Origin: Amoebidium appalachense
Taxonomy: Eukaryota > Protista > Ichthyosporea
Assembly: GCA_963693365.1 (NCBI GenBank)
Contig: CAVNZM010000004.1
Location: 8,221,093-8,285,092 of the forward strand
Length of the DNA: 64,000 nt
Direction of reading: 5' to 3'
How positions within the stretch are numbered: position 1 is the first letter of the stretch; every line of letters begins with the position of its first letter. This document shows positions 13,801 through 28,800 of this stretch, piece by piece. Both the position numbers and the translations under genes were made by a program. The notes beneath the pieces were generated by a model. It made no database searches. It saw nothing but the letters and a program-made list of their open reading frames with translations, and was not told the DNA's origin.

Positions 13801-16800
13801 TGCACAGACGCCGTCTGCATACCAGCCCACGGCGGGTGGCAACAGCACTGTGGTTCCCATTGAGCCCAGCGGGGCCATCCCGGGCAAGGAGGTGTGCACT
13901 GAGGCATCTGGCTGCCTGTACGCCCCGCCGCCAGTGCCACCGACCCCTGTTGTTGGGCCCATCATTGGCACTCTGCTGAACGACACGAACGGGGACGGGT
14001 TGAAGGATGCCAACGACACCGGCCTGGGCAATGTCACTGTTCAGCTGGTGGCTCCCAACGGCACGGTGGTTGCCGAGGTGCAGACGCTGCCCAACGGCGC
14101 GTTCATCATCCCGCCGATCAACTGCACGGACTGCACCATCCGGGTTGTTCCCGAGACGCTGCCCAACAACGCCAACCCCATTGCCGAGGTGCCTCTTGGC
14201 AATGGCACTGGCATTGTGGATGTGCCTCCCAATGGCACGCTGCCTGTTGATGTTGACTGCAACGGCACTGCCTGCACGTTCACCCCAGTGACTCCGCCGT
14301 CGCTGCCAGATATCACCGGCGCGATCTTCAATGACGCCAACAAGGATGGAGTGCGCGACCCCACGGACCCTGTCCTGGGCAACGTGACTGTGCAGCTTGT
14401 GGACGCCAATGGCACGGTTGTTGGCGAGACACAGACACTGCCCAACGGCACGTTTGTGTTCCCCGACGTGCCCCCTGGCAACTACAGCATCCGTGTGGTG
14501 CCGGAGACGCTGCCCAGCAATGCGCAGGCCCCGTCAGCCAACCTGCCCAGTGATGGTGGCAACAGCACGGTGGTTCCCATTGAGCCCAGCGGCGCCATCT
14601 CGGGAACTGAGGTTTGCACTGAGGCGTCTGGCTGCCTGTACGTCCCGGCGCCAGTGCCAACAACCCCTGTTGTTGGGCCCATCATTGGCACTCTGCTGAA
14701 CGACACGAACGGGGACGGGTTGAAGGATGCCAACGACACCGGCCTGGGCAACGTCACTGTTCAGCTGGTGGCCCCCAACGGCACGGTGGTTGCCGAGGTG
14801 CAGACGCTGCCCAACGGCGCGTTCATCATCCCGCCGATCAACTGCACGGACTGCACCATCCGGGTTGTTCCCGAGACGCTGCCCAACAACGCCAACCCCA
14901 TTGCCGAGGTGCCTCTTGGCAATGGCACTGGCATTGTGGATGTGCCTCCCAATGGCACGCTGCCTGTTGATGTTGACTGCAACGGCACTGCCTGCACGTT
15001 CACCCCAGTGACTCCGCCGTCGCTGCCAGATATCACCGGCGCGATCTTCAATGACGCCAACAAGGATGGAGTGCGCGACCCCACGGACCCTGTCCTGGGC
15101 AACGTGACTGTGCAGCTTGTGGACGCCAATGGCACTGTTGTTGGCGAGACACAGACACTGCCCAACGGCACGTTTGTGTTCCCCGACGTGCCCCCTGGCA
15201 ACTACAGCATCCGTGTGGTGCCGGAGACGCTGCCCAGCAATGCGCAGGCCCCGTCAGCCAACCTGCCCAGTGATGGTGGCAACAGCACGGTGGTTCCCAT
15301 TCAGCCCAGCGGCGCCATCTCGGGAACTGAGGTTTGCACTGAGGCGTCTGGCTGCCTGTACGTCCCGGCGCCAGTGCCATCAACCCCTGTTGTTGGGCCC
15401 ATCATTGGCGCTCTGCTGAACGATACCAACGGCGACGGTCTGAAGGACGCCAACGACACCGGCCTGGGCAACGTCACTGTTCAGCTGGTGGCCCCCAACG
15501 GCACGGTGGTGGCCGAGGTGCAGACGCAGCCCAACGGCGCGTTCATCATCCCGCCGATCAACTGCACGGACTGCACCATCCGGGTTGTTCCCGAGACGCT
15601 GCCCAACAACGCCAACCCCATTGCCGAGGTGCCTCTTGGCAATGGCACTGGCATTGTGGATGTGCCTCCCAATGGCACGCTGCCTGTTGATGTTGACTGC
15701 AACGGCACTGCCTGCACGTTCACCCCAGTGACTCCGCCGTCGCTGCCAGATATCACCGGCGCGATCTTCAATGACGCCAACAAGGATGGAGTGCGCGACC
15801 CCACGGACCCTGTCCTGGGCAACGTGACTGTGCAGCTTGTGGACGCCAATGGCACGGTTGTTGGCGAGACACAGACACTGCCCAACGGCACGTTTGTGTT
15901 CCCCGACGTGCCCCCTGGCAACTACAGCATCCGTGTGGTGCCGGAGACGCTGCCCAGCAATGCGCAGGCCCCGTCAGCCAACCTGCCCAGTGATGGTGGC
16001 AACAGCACGGTGGTTCCCATTGAGCCCAGCGGCGCCATCTCGGGAACTGAGGTTTGCACTGAGGCGTCTGGCTGCCTGTACGTCCCGGCGCCAGTGCCAA
16101 CAACCCCTGTTGTTGGGCCCATCATTGGCACTCTGCTGAACGACACGAACGGGGACGGGTTGAAGGATGCCAACGACACCGGCCTGGGCAACGTCACTGT
16201 TCAGCTGGTGGCTCCCAACGGCACGGTGGTTGCCGAGGTGCAGACGCTGCCCAACGGCGCGTTCATCATCCCGCCGATCAACTGCACGGACTGCACCATC
16301 CGGGTTGTTCCCGAGACGCTGCCCAACAACGCCAACCCCATTGCCGAGGTGCCTCTTGGCAATGGCACTGGCATTGTGGATGTGCCTCCCAATGGCACGC
16401 TGCCTGTTGATGTGGACTGCAACGGCACTGCCTGCACGTCCACTCCAGTGACTCCGCCGTCGCTGCCAGATATCACCGGCGCGATCTTCAATGACGCCAA
16501 CAAGGATGGAGTGCGCGACCCCACGGACCCTGTCCTGGGCAACGTGACTGTGCAGCTGGTGGACGCCAATGGCACGGTTGTTGGCGAGACACAGACACTG
16601 CCCAACGGCACGTTTGTGTTCCCCGACATGCCCCCTGGCAACTACAGCGTCCGTGTGGTGCCGGAGACGCTGCCCAGCAATGCGCAGGCCCCGTCAGCCA
16701 ACCTGCCCAGTGATGGTGGCAACAGCACGGTGGTTCCCATTGAGCCCAGCGGCGCCATCTCGGGAACTGAGGTTTGCACTGAGGCGTCTGGCTGCCTGTA

Positions 16801-19800
16801 CGTCCCGGCGCCAGTGCCAACAACCCCTGTTGTTGGGCCCATCATTGGCACTCTGCTGAACGACACGAACGGGGACGGGTTGAAGGATGCCAACGACACC
16901 GGCCTGGGCAACGTCACTGTTCAGCTGGTGGCTCCCAACGGCACGGTGGTTGCCGAGGTGCAGACGCTGCCCAACGGCGCGTTCATCATCCCGCCGATCA
17001 ACTGCACGGACTGCACCATCCGGGTTGTTCCCGAGACGCTGCCCAACAACACCAACCCCATTGCCGAGGTGCCTTTTGGCAATGGCACTGGCATTGTGGA
17101 TGTGCCTCCCAATGGCACGCTGCCTGTTGATGTTGACTGCAACGGCACTGCCTGCACGTCCACTCCAGTGACTCCGCCGTCGCTGCCAGATATCACCGGC
17201 GCGATCTTCAATGACGCCAACAAGGATGGAGTGCGCGACCCCACGGACCCTGTCCTGGGCAACGTGACTGTGCAGCTGGTGGACGCCAATGGCACTGTTG
17301 TTGGCGAGACACAGACACTGCCCAACGGCACGTTTGTGTTCCCCGACCTGCCCCCTGGCAACTACAGCGTCCGTGTGGTGCCGGAGACACTGCCCAGCAA
17401 TGCGCAGGCCCCGTCAGCCAACCTGCCCAGTGATGGTGGCAACAGCACGGTGGTTCCCATTCAGCCCAGCGGCGCCATCTCGGGAACTGAGGTTTGCACT
17501 GAGGCGTCTGGCTGCCTGTACGTCCCGGTGCCAGTGCCATCAACCCCTGTTGTTGGGCCCATCATTGGCGGTCTGATGAACGATACCAACGGCGACGGTC
17601 TGAAGGACGCCAACGACACCGGCCTGGGCAACGTCACTGTTCAGCTGGTGGCCCCCAACGGCACGGTGGTTGCCGAGGTGCAGACGCAGCCCAACGGCGC
17701 GTTCATCATCCCGCCGATCAACTGCACGGACTGCACCATCCGGGTTGTTCCCGAGACGCTGCCCAACAACGCCAACCCCATTGCCGAGGTGCCTCTTGGC
17801 AATGGCACTGGCATTGTGGATGTGCCTCCCAATGGCACGCTGCCTGTTGATGTTGACTGCAACGGCACTGCCTGCACGTTCACCCCAGTGACTCCGCCGT
17901 CGCTGCCAGATATCACCGGCGCGATCTTCAATGACGCCAACAAGGATGGAGTGCGCGACCCCACGGACCCTGTCCTGGGCAACGTGACTGTGCAGCTTGT
18001 GGACGCCAATGGCACGGTTGTTGGCGAGACACAGACACTGCCCAACGGCACGTTTGTGTTCCCCGACGTGCCCCCTGGCAACTACAGCATCCGTGTGGTG
18101 CCGGAGACGCTGCCCAGCAATGCGCAGGCCCCGTCAGCCAACCTGCCCAGTGATGGTGGCAACAGCACGGTGGTTCCCATTGAGCCCAGCGGCGCCATCT
18201 CGGGAACTGAGGTTTGCACTGAGGCGTCTGGCTGCCTGTACGTCCCGGCGCCAGTGCCAACAACCCCTGTTGTTGGGCCCATCATTGGCACTCTGCTGAA
18301 CGACACGAACGGGGACGGGTTGAAGGATGCCAACGACACCGGCCTGGGCAACGTCACTGTTCAGCTGGTGGCTCCCAACGGCACGGTGGTTGCCGAGGTG
18401 CAGACGCTGCCCAACGGCGCGTTCATCATCCCGCCGATCAACTGCACGGACTGCACCATCCGGGTTGTTCCCGAGACGCTGCCCAACAACGCCAACCCCA
18501 TTGCCGAGGTGCCTCTTGGCAATGGCACTGGCATTGTGGATGTGCCTCCCAATGGCACGCTGCCTGTTGATGTTGACTGCAACGGCACTGCCTGCACGTT
18601 CACCCCAGTGACTCCGCCGTCGCTGCCAGATATCACCGGCGCGATCTTCAATGACGCCAACAAGGATGGAGTGCGCGACCCCACGGACCCTGTCCTGGGC
18701 AACGTGACTGTGCAGCTTGTGGACGCCAATGGCACGGTTGTTGGCGAGACACAGACACTGCCCAACGGCACGTTTGTGTTCCCCGACGTGCCCCCTGGCA
18801 ACTACAGCATCCGTGTGGTGCCGGAGACGCTGCCCAGCAATGCGCAGGCCCCGTCAGCCAACCTGCCCAGTGATGGTGGCAACAGCACGGTGGTTCCCAT
18901 TGAGCCCAGCGGCGCCATCTCGGGAACTGAGGTTTGCACTGAGGCGTCTGGCTGCCTGTACGTCCCGGCGCCAGTGCCAACAACCCCTGTTGTTGGGCCC
19001 ATCATTGGCACTCTGCTGAACGATACGAACGGGGACGGGCTGAAGGATGCCAACGACACCGGCCTGGGCAACGTCACTGTTCAGCTGGTGGCTCCCAACG
19101 GCACGGTGGTGGCCGAGGTGCAGACGCTGCCCAACGGCGCGTTCATCATCCCGCCGATCAACTGCACGGACTGCACCATCCGGGTTGTTCCCGAGACGCT
19201 GCCCAACAACGCCAACCCCATTGCCGAGGTGCCTCTTGGCAATGGCACTGGCATTGTGGATGTGCCTCCCAATGGCACGCTGCCTGTTGATGTTGACTGC
19301 AACGGCACTGCCTGCACGTTCACCCCAGTGACTCCGCCGTCGCTGCCAGATATCACCGGCGCGATCTTCAATGACGCCAACAAGGATGGAGTGCGCGACC
19401 CCACGGACCCTGTCCTGGGCAACGTGACTGTGCAGCTGGTGGACGCCAATGGCACGGTTGTTGGCGAGACACAGACACTGCCCAACGGCACGTTTGTGTT
19501 CCCCGACGTGCCCCCTGGCAACTACAGCATCCGTGTGGTGCCGGAGACGCTGCCCAGCAATGCGCAGGCCCCGTCAGCCAACCTGCCCAGTGATGGTGGC
19601 AACAGCACGGTGGTTCCCATTGAGCCCAGCGGCGCCATCTCGGGAACTGAGGTTTGCACTGAGGCGTCTGGCTGCCTGTACGTCCCGGCGCCAGTGCCAA
19701 CAACCCCTGTTGTTGGGCCCATCATTGGCACTCTGCTGAACGATACCAACGGCGACGGTCTGAAGGACGCCAACGACACCGGCCTGGGCAACGTCACTGT

Positions 19801-22800
19801 TCAGCTTGTGGCTCCCAACGGCACGGTGGTGGCCGAGGTGCAGACGCTGCCCAACGGCGCGTTCATCATCCCGCCGATCAACTGCACGGACTGCACCATC
19901 CGGGTTGTTCCCGAGACGCTGCCCAACAACGCCAACCCCATTGCCGAGGTGCCTCTTGGCAATGGCACTGGCATTGTGGATGTGCCTCCCAATGGCACGC
20001 TGCCTGTTGATGTTGACTGCAACGGCACTGCCTGCACGTTCACCCCAGTGACTCCGCCGTCGCTGCCAGATATCACCGGCGCGATCTTCAATGACGCCAA
20101 CAAGGATGGAGTGCGCGACCCCACGGACCCTGTCCTGGGCAACGTGACTGTGCAGCTTGTGGACGCCAATGGCACGGTTGTTGGCGAGACACAGACACTG
20201 CCCAACGGCACGTTTGTGTTCCCCGACGTGCCCCCTGGCAACTACAGCATCCGTGTGGTGCCGGAGACGCTGCCCAGCAATGCGCAGGCCCCGTCAGCCA
20301 ACCTGCCCAGTGATGGTGGCAACAGCACGGTGGTTCCCATTGAGCCCAGCGGCGCCATCTCGGGAACTGAGGTTTGCACTGAGGCGTCTGGCTGCCTGTA
20401 CGTCCCGGCGCCAGTGCCAACAACCCCTGTTGTTGGGCCCATCATTGGCACTCTGCTGAACGACACGAACGGGGACGGGTTGAAGGATGCCAACGACACC
20501 GGCCTGGGCAACGTCACTGTTCAGCTGGTGGCTCCCAACGGCACGGTGGTTGCCGAGGTGCAGACGCTGCCCAACGGCGCGTTCATCATCCCGCCGATCA
20601 ACTGCACGGACTGCACCATCCGGGTTGTTCCCGAGACGCTGCCCAACAACGCCAACCCCATTGCCGAGGTGCCTCTTGGCAATGGCACTGGCATTGTGGA
20701 TGTGCCTCCCAATGGCACGCTGCCTGTTGATGTTGACTGCAACGGCACTGCCTGCACGTTCACCCCAGTGACTCCGCCGTCGCTGCCAGATATCACCGGC
20801 GCGATCTTCAATGACGCCAACAAGGATGGAGTGCGCGACCCCACGGACCCTGTCCTGGGCAACGTGACTGTGCAGCTTGTGGACGCCAATGGCACGGTTG
20901 TTGGCGAGACACAGACACTGCCCAACGGCACGTTTGTGTTCCCCGACGTGCCCCCTGGCAACTACAGCATCCGTGTGGTGCCGGAGACGCTGCCCAGCAA
21001 TGCGCAGGCCCCGTCAGCCAACCTGCCCAGTGATGGTGGCAACAGCACGGTGGTTCCCATTGAGCCCAGCGGCGCCATCTCGGGAACTGAGGTTTGCACT
21101 GAGGCGTCTGGCTGCCTGTACGTCCCGGCGCCAGTGCCAACAACCCCTGTTGTTGGGCCCATCATTGGCACTCTGCTGAACGATACCAACGGCGACGGTC
21201 TGAAGGACGCCAACGACACCGGCCTGGGCAACGTCACTGTTCAGCTTGTGGCTCCCAACGGCACGGTGGTGGCCGAGGTGCAGACGCTGCCCAACGGCGC
21301 GTTCATCATCCCGCCGATCAACTGCACGGACTGCACCATCCGGGTTGTTCCCGAGACGCTGCCCAACAACGCCAACCCCATTGCCGAGGTGCCTCTTGGC
21401 AATGGCACTGGCATTGTGGATGTGCCTCCCAATGGCACGCTGCCTGTTGATGTTGACTGCAACGGCACTGCCTGCACGTCCACCCCAGTGACTCCGCCGT
21501 CGCTGCCAGATATCACCGGCGCGATCTTCAATGACGCCAACAAGGATGGAGTGCGCGACCCCACGGACCCTGTCCTGGGCAACGTGACTGTGCAGCTGGT
21601 GGACGCCAATGGCACTGTTGTTGGCGAGACACAGACACTGCCCAACGGCACGTTTGTGTTCCCCGACGTGCCCCCTGGCAACTACAGCATCCGTGTGGTG
21701 CCGGAGACGCTGCCCAGCAATGCGCAGGCCCCGTCAGCCAACCTGCCCAGTGATGGTGGCAACAGCACGGTGGTTCCCATTGAGCCCAGCGGCGCCATCT
21801 CGGGAACTGAGGTTTGCACTGAGGCGTCTGGCTGCCTGTACGTCCCGGCGCCAGTGCCAACAACCCCTGTTGTTGGGCCCATCATTGGCACTCTGCTGAA
21901 CGATACCAACGGCGACGGTCTGAAGGACGCCAACGACACCGGCCTGGGCAACGTCACTGTTCAGCTGGTGGCTCCCAACGGCACGGTGGTTGCCGAGGTG
22001 CAGACGCAGCCCAACGGCGCGTTCATCATCCCGCCGATCAACTGCACGGACTGCACCATCCGGGTTGTTCCCGAGACGCTGCCCAACAACACCAACCCCA
22101 TTGCCGAGGTGCCTCTTGGCAATGGCACTGACATTGTGGATGTGCCTCCCAATGGCACGCTGCCTGTTGATGTTGACTGCAACGGCGCTGCCTGCACGTC
22201 CACCCCAGTGACTCCGCCGTCGCTGCCAGATATCACCGGCGCGATCTTCAATGACGCCAACAAGGATGGAGTGCGCGACCCCACGGACCCTGTCCTGGGC
22301 AACGTGACTGTGCAGCTGGTGGACGCCAATGGCACGGTTGTTGGCGAGACACAGACACTGCCCAACGGCACGTTTGTGTTCCCCGACATGCCCCCTGGCA
22401 ACTACAGCGTCCGTGTGCTGCCGGAGACACTGCCCAGCAATGCGCAGGCCCCGTCAGCCAACCTGCCCAGTGATGGTGGCAACAGCACGGTGGTTCCCAT
22501 TCAGCCCAGCGGCGCCATGTCGGGAACTGAGGTTTGCACTGAGGCGTCTGGCTGCCTGTACGTCCCGGCGCCAGTGCCAACAACCCCTGTTGTTGGGCCC
22601 ATCATTGGCGGTCTGCTGAACGATACCAACGGCGACGGTCTGAAGGACGCCAACGACACCGGCCTGGGCAACGTCACTGTTCAGCTGCTGGCCCCCAACG
22701 GCACGGTGGTTGCCGAAGTGCAGACGCAGCCCAACGGCGCGTTCATCATCCCGCCGATCAACTGCGCGGACTGCACCATCCGGGTTGTTCCCGAGACGCT

Positions 22801-25800
22801 GCCCAACAACACCAACCCCATTGCCGAGGTGCCTTTTGGCAATGGCACTGGCATTGTGGATGTGCCTCCCAATGGCACGCTGCCTGTTGATGTGGACTGC
22901 AACGGCACTGCCTGCACGTCCACCCCAGTGACTCCGCCGTCGCTGCCAGATATCACCGGCGCGATCTTCAATGACGCCAACAAGGATGGAGTGCGCGACC
23001 CCACGGACCCTGTCCTGGGCAACGTGACTGTGCAGCTGGTGGACGCCAATGGCACGGTTGTTGGCGAGACACAGACACTGCCCAACGGCACGTTTGTGTT
23101 CCCCGACATGCCCCCTGGCAACTACAGCGTCCGTGTGGTGCCGGAGACGCTGCCCAGCAATGCGCAGGCCCCGTCAGCCAACCTGCCCAGTGATGGTGGC
23201 AACAGCACGGTGGTTCCCATTGAGCCCAGCGGCGCCATCTCGGGAACTGAGGTTTGCACTGAGGCGTCTGGCTGCCTGTACGTCCCGGCGCCAGTGCCAA
23301 CAACCCCTGTTGTTGGGCCCATCATTGGCACTCTGCTGAACGATACCAACGGCGACGGTCTGAAGGACGCCAACGACACCGGCCTGGGCAACGTCACTGT
23401 TCAGCTGGTGGCTCCCAACGGCACGGTGGTGGCCGAGGTGCAGACGCAGCCCAACGGCGCGTTCATCATCCCGCCGATCAACTGCGCGGACTGCACCATC
23501 CGGGTTGTTCCCGAGACGCTGCCCAACAACACCAACCCCATTGCCGAGGTGCCTCTTGGCAATGGCACTGGCATTGTGGATGTGCCTCCCAATGGCACGC
23601 TGCCTGTTGATGTTGACTGCAACGGCACTGCCTGCACGTTCACCCCAGTGACTCCGCCGTCGCTGCCAGATATCACCGGCGCGATCTTCAATGACGCCAA
23701 CAAGGATGGAGGCGCGACCCCACGGACCCTGTCCTGGGCAACGTGACTGTGCAGCTGGTGGACGCCAATGGCAGGAACGACCGCACGGCGCGGCGCGGGG
23801 GGCGGGGGGAGGAGGGGACGGGCGGCGGGGGGGGGGGCGGGGGGGGGGGGGGGGGGGATGTTGTTGGAGAGACGCAGACTCTGCCGAACGGCTCATTTGC
23901 CTTCCCCGGTGTGCCCGTGGGCAACTATACCCTCCGGGTTGTGCCCTCAACTGTGCCCAGCAACTCCGATGCCCCGTCGGCTTATCTGCCCAGTGAGGGC
24001 GGCAACAAGACGGTTGTTCCTGTCGAACCGAATGGTGCCATCCCAGGCACCGAAGTATGTGCAGAAGCAACTGGCTGCTTGTACGTACCACCAATCTCGG
24101 CCTACACTATCGTTGGACGTGCATTTATTGATTCCGTGGACAATGATATTTATGATGTTGGTGAACCAGGGATGACACCAACCCTTGTTCTACGTGATGC
24201 AACTGGCATTCAGGTTGGAAGGGTGCAGGCGTCAGCGGATGGTTCATTTACTTTTACGGTCGCTGGTCCGGGTGTATACAAAGTCGAGATGGATGTATCA
24301 TCGGCCAACATCACCAATCGCTACCTCTCTGCGCAGTCCGATGGACAGTTATCTGGGACACTCAACCTGAACGTGGCAAGCCCTGGGGTCACCACAGCGC
24401 TCTTTGCATTCAAAGAGTTTGCAAGTGTCTCTGGCGTTGTGTTCCTGGACCGCAACTTGGATAATGCCCAGAATGGTAACGACACTGCCATCAAGAATGT
24501 AACGGTCACTTTAGTGCGTGGCAACGCAAGCGAAACTACTACAACAGACGCTGCTGGTAACTTTGCATTTACCAGAATCCCGGCAGGAACATATATCGTC
24601 CGTGTGTCTGATTCCACGCTACCCATGTTTGTGGAAGCATCTCTGATCCACAATGGCACTGCTGAGGTGGTTATCCCCTCCGGTGGAAGCGAGACGGTGT
24701 ATTTCCCATATGTTTCTGCTAACCGTGGGCCTGGCCTTTGGGTGGACCTCAACCATGACGGGGTACGCGACAGCGGCGAGCCCGCTCTTGAGGGTGTCAG
24801 GATCAATTTAGTTGATGCCAGCGGCAATGTGGTCGGTACCGTTATCACGGACTCAAATGGAGACTATCAGCTTCCTGCTGTCCCTCCCGGCACATACACG
24901 GTGGTTATTGACCCCACGACAGTTCCTGCTAACGTGACACAGTTCCGTGATCCGGATGGTGTCCTTGACGGCAAGACCACTGTCACTGTGGCACCTGGTG
25001 AAACACGTCCGCAAACTCCAGATATGGGTTACACTGTGAAGTCCGACACGCCATCAGGATCTGTGTTTGTGGACAGCATCAACGAGACTGGAGTTGCTGG
25101 AATCGTAGTCACTGTCAAGGCAGCCAATGGCACCATTGTTGCCAATGCCACGACGGATGCTAGTGGCCACTACACTCTGCCAAAACTGCCTGCTGGAACC
25201 TACACAATCGCCATGAATCCTAGCACTGTTCCGCCAACTGTGGAATTCGGCAAGGATTTGGATGGTGTCGATGATGGAAAGACAATCATCGCTGTTGCTC
25301 CATTCTCTGATGCCACATATGCGCCAGACTTTGCCCTCATTCCACTTCCGCCTGGCATATGGGTTGACGTCAATCGTGATGGTATCCATGACATCAACGA
25401 GCCTGGCCTTGCAGATGTGAAGATCAGCCTGGTTGATGCTAATGGCACTGTGGTGGGCACGGTTATCACCGACGCAAATGGCAACTACAAGCTGCCCGAC
25501 ACCCCGCCCGGCACATATACCGTGGTTGTGGACAACACGACGATCCCGTCGAACGTCACACAGTTCCGGGGTCCCAACGGCATTCTGGATGGCACTGCTA
25601 CTGTTGTTGTTCCCCAGAACTCAACGAGGCCGACAAACCCCGACTTTGGTTACACCCTTATTACTAAGGTGTCCGTGTCTGGTCTTGCGTATATCGATTC
25701 CAATGGTGATGCCAGTCAGCAGGCCAGTGAGCCAGCGCTCGCCAACGTTTCGATTACCCTTACATCTACTGCCGGTGTTGTTGTTGCAACAACTACTACG

Positions 25801-28800
25801 ACAGCAAATGGCAGCTTTGTGTTGGAGGGCATCCCTGTAGGCTCATACGTTGTAGCTGTGAACCCGACAGTTCAGGACAACTACAACCTCACGTCTATCC
25901 GCCCGCTTCCTATGGTCAACGGAAGCACCGCCAGTATCAACGTGAACGACAACAGCACTGACATAACTGGGCTCGAGTTTGGCTTCCGCAAAATGGCGTC
26001 TATTGGCGGCACGGTATGGAGTGATGCCAATGGTGACGGCTCCATTAGCACTAGCGAGATTGGCATTCCGCACGTGCAAGTGGACTTGATCGGTACCGAT
26101 GGTACTGTTCTTGCCACGACATCGACCGACGATAACGGTACCTACGTGTTCAGGCAGCTACCGGCAGGCGACTATGTTGTATCGATCAACACGTCCTTCC
26201 TGTTGGATGGCAACATCACCACAGGCCAGAAGAACTCTACCCTGCTGGTGACCGTCGCTGACGCGAGTGCCTACGACTCTGCCAACTTCGGCGTCAAGAA
26301 ATCCTTGGGTAGCATTGGCGATGTCGTCTTCATTGATGCCAACGGCAATGGGATTAAGGATGTCAGCGAAGAGGGCCTATCAGCCGTTAATGTGTCCCTC
26401 TTGGTCAACGGCACTGTCCTTGCATCCGTTGCAACTGATGCGCTGGGCCGGTACATGTTTGCCGATTTGCTCCCCGGCAGCTACGAGGTGGTTATCAATC
26501 CTACGTCGCTCCCGGATGGTCTTCTGCCCGGTAGCCCACTTTCCAAGAATTCAACTTTGACTGAGGGCCAGGATGACATGACCGTTGACTTTGCTTTCAG
26601 GCGGTCTGCCTCCATTAGCGGCGCCATCTACGAAGACGTTAATGGCAACGGTACGCTCGATGCCCAGGATACTGCGTATGAGGGAGTCCAAGTCATCCTC
26701 AAGGATGCTGCAGGGAACGTCGTTGATGTGTACGTGACGGACGCCACTGGCAAGTACATCTTTGATGGCCTGACCCCCGCCAACTACACTGTAGAACTGA
26801 ACAAGTCCTCAGTTCCCAATGGTGTCTACCCAGTCAAGGAGGGTGACAGTGTTTTGGATGGCCGTACCCAGATTGTTCTTCTGAGCGGTGCACAGGTGAC
26901 CTATGACTTCTTGTACGGTTCTGCAACCGGTAATATCCAAGGCACAGTGTTCCGCGATCTGAATGGTGACGGCGTCCGAGACCCGCTTGAGCCTGGCCTC
27001 CCAGGTGTTACCGTCCAGGTGGTGACAGCTGATAATCGCACCATTACCGCCGTGACTGATGACCAGGGCAATTATGTGCTGCCCGGAGTGCCAGCCGTGT
27101 CCACTGTGGTGACTGTCGTGCCGTCATCGCTGCCGGCTGGCCTGTTGCCCACAGTTGACAACGGTGCTACTGCTGTCACTCCCAAGAACGGTTCAGTTAC
27201 TACGGCTGATTTTGGTTACTTGCCACCAATCGGTGTGTATGGTCGGGTACAGAACGATTTGAACGGCAATGGTGTCATGGATGCCAACGACACTGGCATA
27301 GCTAACGTGACTGTCGAGATTACCTTCCCCAATGGTACAAAGGTGCAGGTTGTCACTGACAGCACTGGCACCTATGCACTGCCCTCCGACCTGGCGGGTG
27401 ACTACACAGTGAAGGTGAACACCTTCACCTTGCCCGAGAATGCCACCCTAGCTGCAGAGGCCGATGGTATCCTGGATGGTGTTACCAAGGTGACGTTTGA
27501 CCCTGCCAAGGGCTCGGCAGTTGCCAACTTCCTTGTCTCGGAGACATCCAGCCTGACTGGTACCGTGTTCGATGACAAGAATGGCAACGGTGTGCAGGAT
27601 GCTGGTGAGCCTGGCCTCGCTGGTGTGACTGTTACCATGACTGGGCCGGACAACAAGACTGTCACGGCCGTCACTGACGCCAACGGCGACTACTCGTTCC
27701 CGCCCGTGGCTACGTCTGGCACATACCAGGTGGCCGTGGACACTGCCAGCCTGCCACCAGCAGCAGCGTCCGTGTCTGACAAGGACACCACAGATGATGG
27801 CAAGACCTCAGTTGCCCTCACTGCCGGCACGCCGGTGGCTGGCGTTCACTTTGGTGTCTCCCCGATTGCCGATTTCACTGGCCGGCTTGCACTGGACACC
27901 AATGGCCACGGCAAGGTTGACGGCTCTGACAGCGGCCTGGCCAACGTCACGGTGACACTGACCATGCCCAACGGCACTGCACTCAAGACCGTCACAGATG
28001 CCAACGGCAGCTACGTGTTCCCCGACCTTCCCAAGGGCACATACACCGTCAAGGTTGATCCGGCCACCCTCCCGGCCGGAGTCAAGGAGACCATCGAGTC
28101 TGACGGCAGCCTGGACCTCAGTGTGTCGGTTCCCATTGCTCCCGGCAGCGTCCCTGTGGCCGAATTTGTCTTTGCCCAGATCGGCTCTGTGAGTGGCTCT
28201 GTGTTCCGCGACTTTAATGGTGACGGCGTGCGTGATGCTGAAGAGCCAGGGTACCCTGGTGTTGTGATCACTGTGGTTGGCTCGGAGGATGGCAAGTTGT
28301 ACAATGTCACCACCGATAGCACTGGCACCTACAGCATCAAGGACCTGCCCATGGGCACTTATGTTGTGTCCGTGGAGTCTGCCAGCGTGCCTGCAGGCAC
28401 TAAGGTCACCCTGGATGGTGACAGCACAGCGGACGGCCACAGCAACGTCACTCTTACCAGCGCCCAGCCAAATGCAGTTGTTGTGTTTGGCGTGGAGGTT
28501 CCGGCTGCGGTTACGGGCCGTGTAGTTAGTGATGTCAACGGCGATGGCAAGGTCGATGCCAACGACACTGGCCTTGCTGGTGCCACGGTAGAGATTTTGA
28601 TGCCCAACGGCACCATTGCCAAGGTTGTGACTGACAGCACGGGCACCTATGTCCTTGCTCCTGGCCCAGCTGGCAACTACACGGTTGTAGTTGACGAGAG
28701 CACCCTCCCTGCCCCAGGTGCAGCAACAGGTGAGACGGATAATGTCCTTGACGGCAAGCAGGTTGTGCCGTATGACCCTGCTACACCGTCAGCCCCTGCC

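Noticed and set aside
130-23703. Recurring 146-, 111-, 100-, 96-, 91- and 73-aa ORFs on both strands
   Set aside because: These are shadow frames of the 720-bp coding repeat. They recur only because the unit recurs and show no independent protein features.
1-23770. Tandem array as a CRISPR array or non-coding satellite
   Set aside because: There are no unique spacers, and the unit is 720 bp, in frame and encodes recognisable domains.
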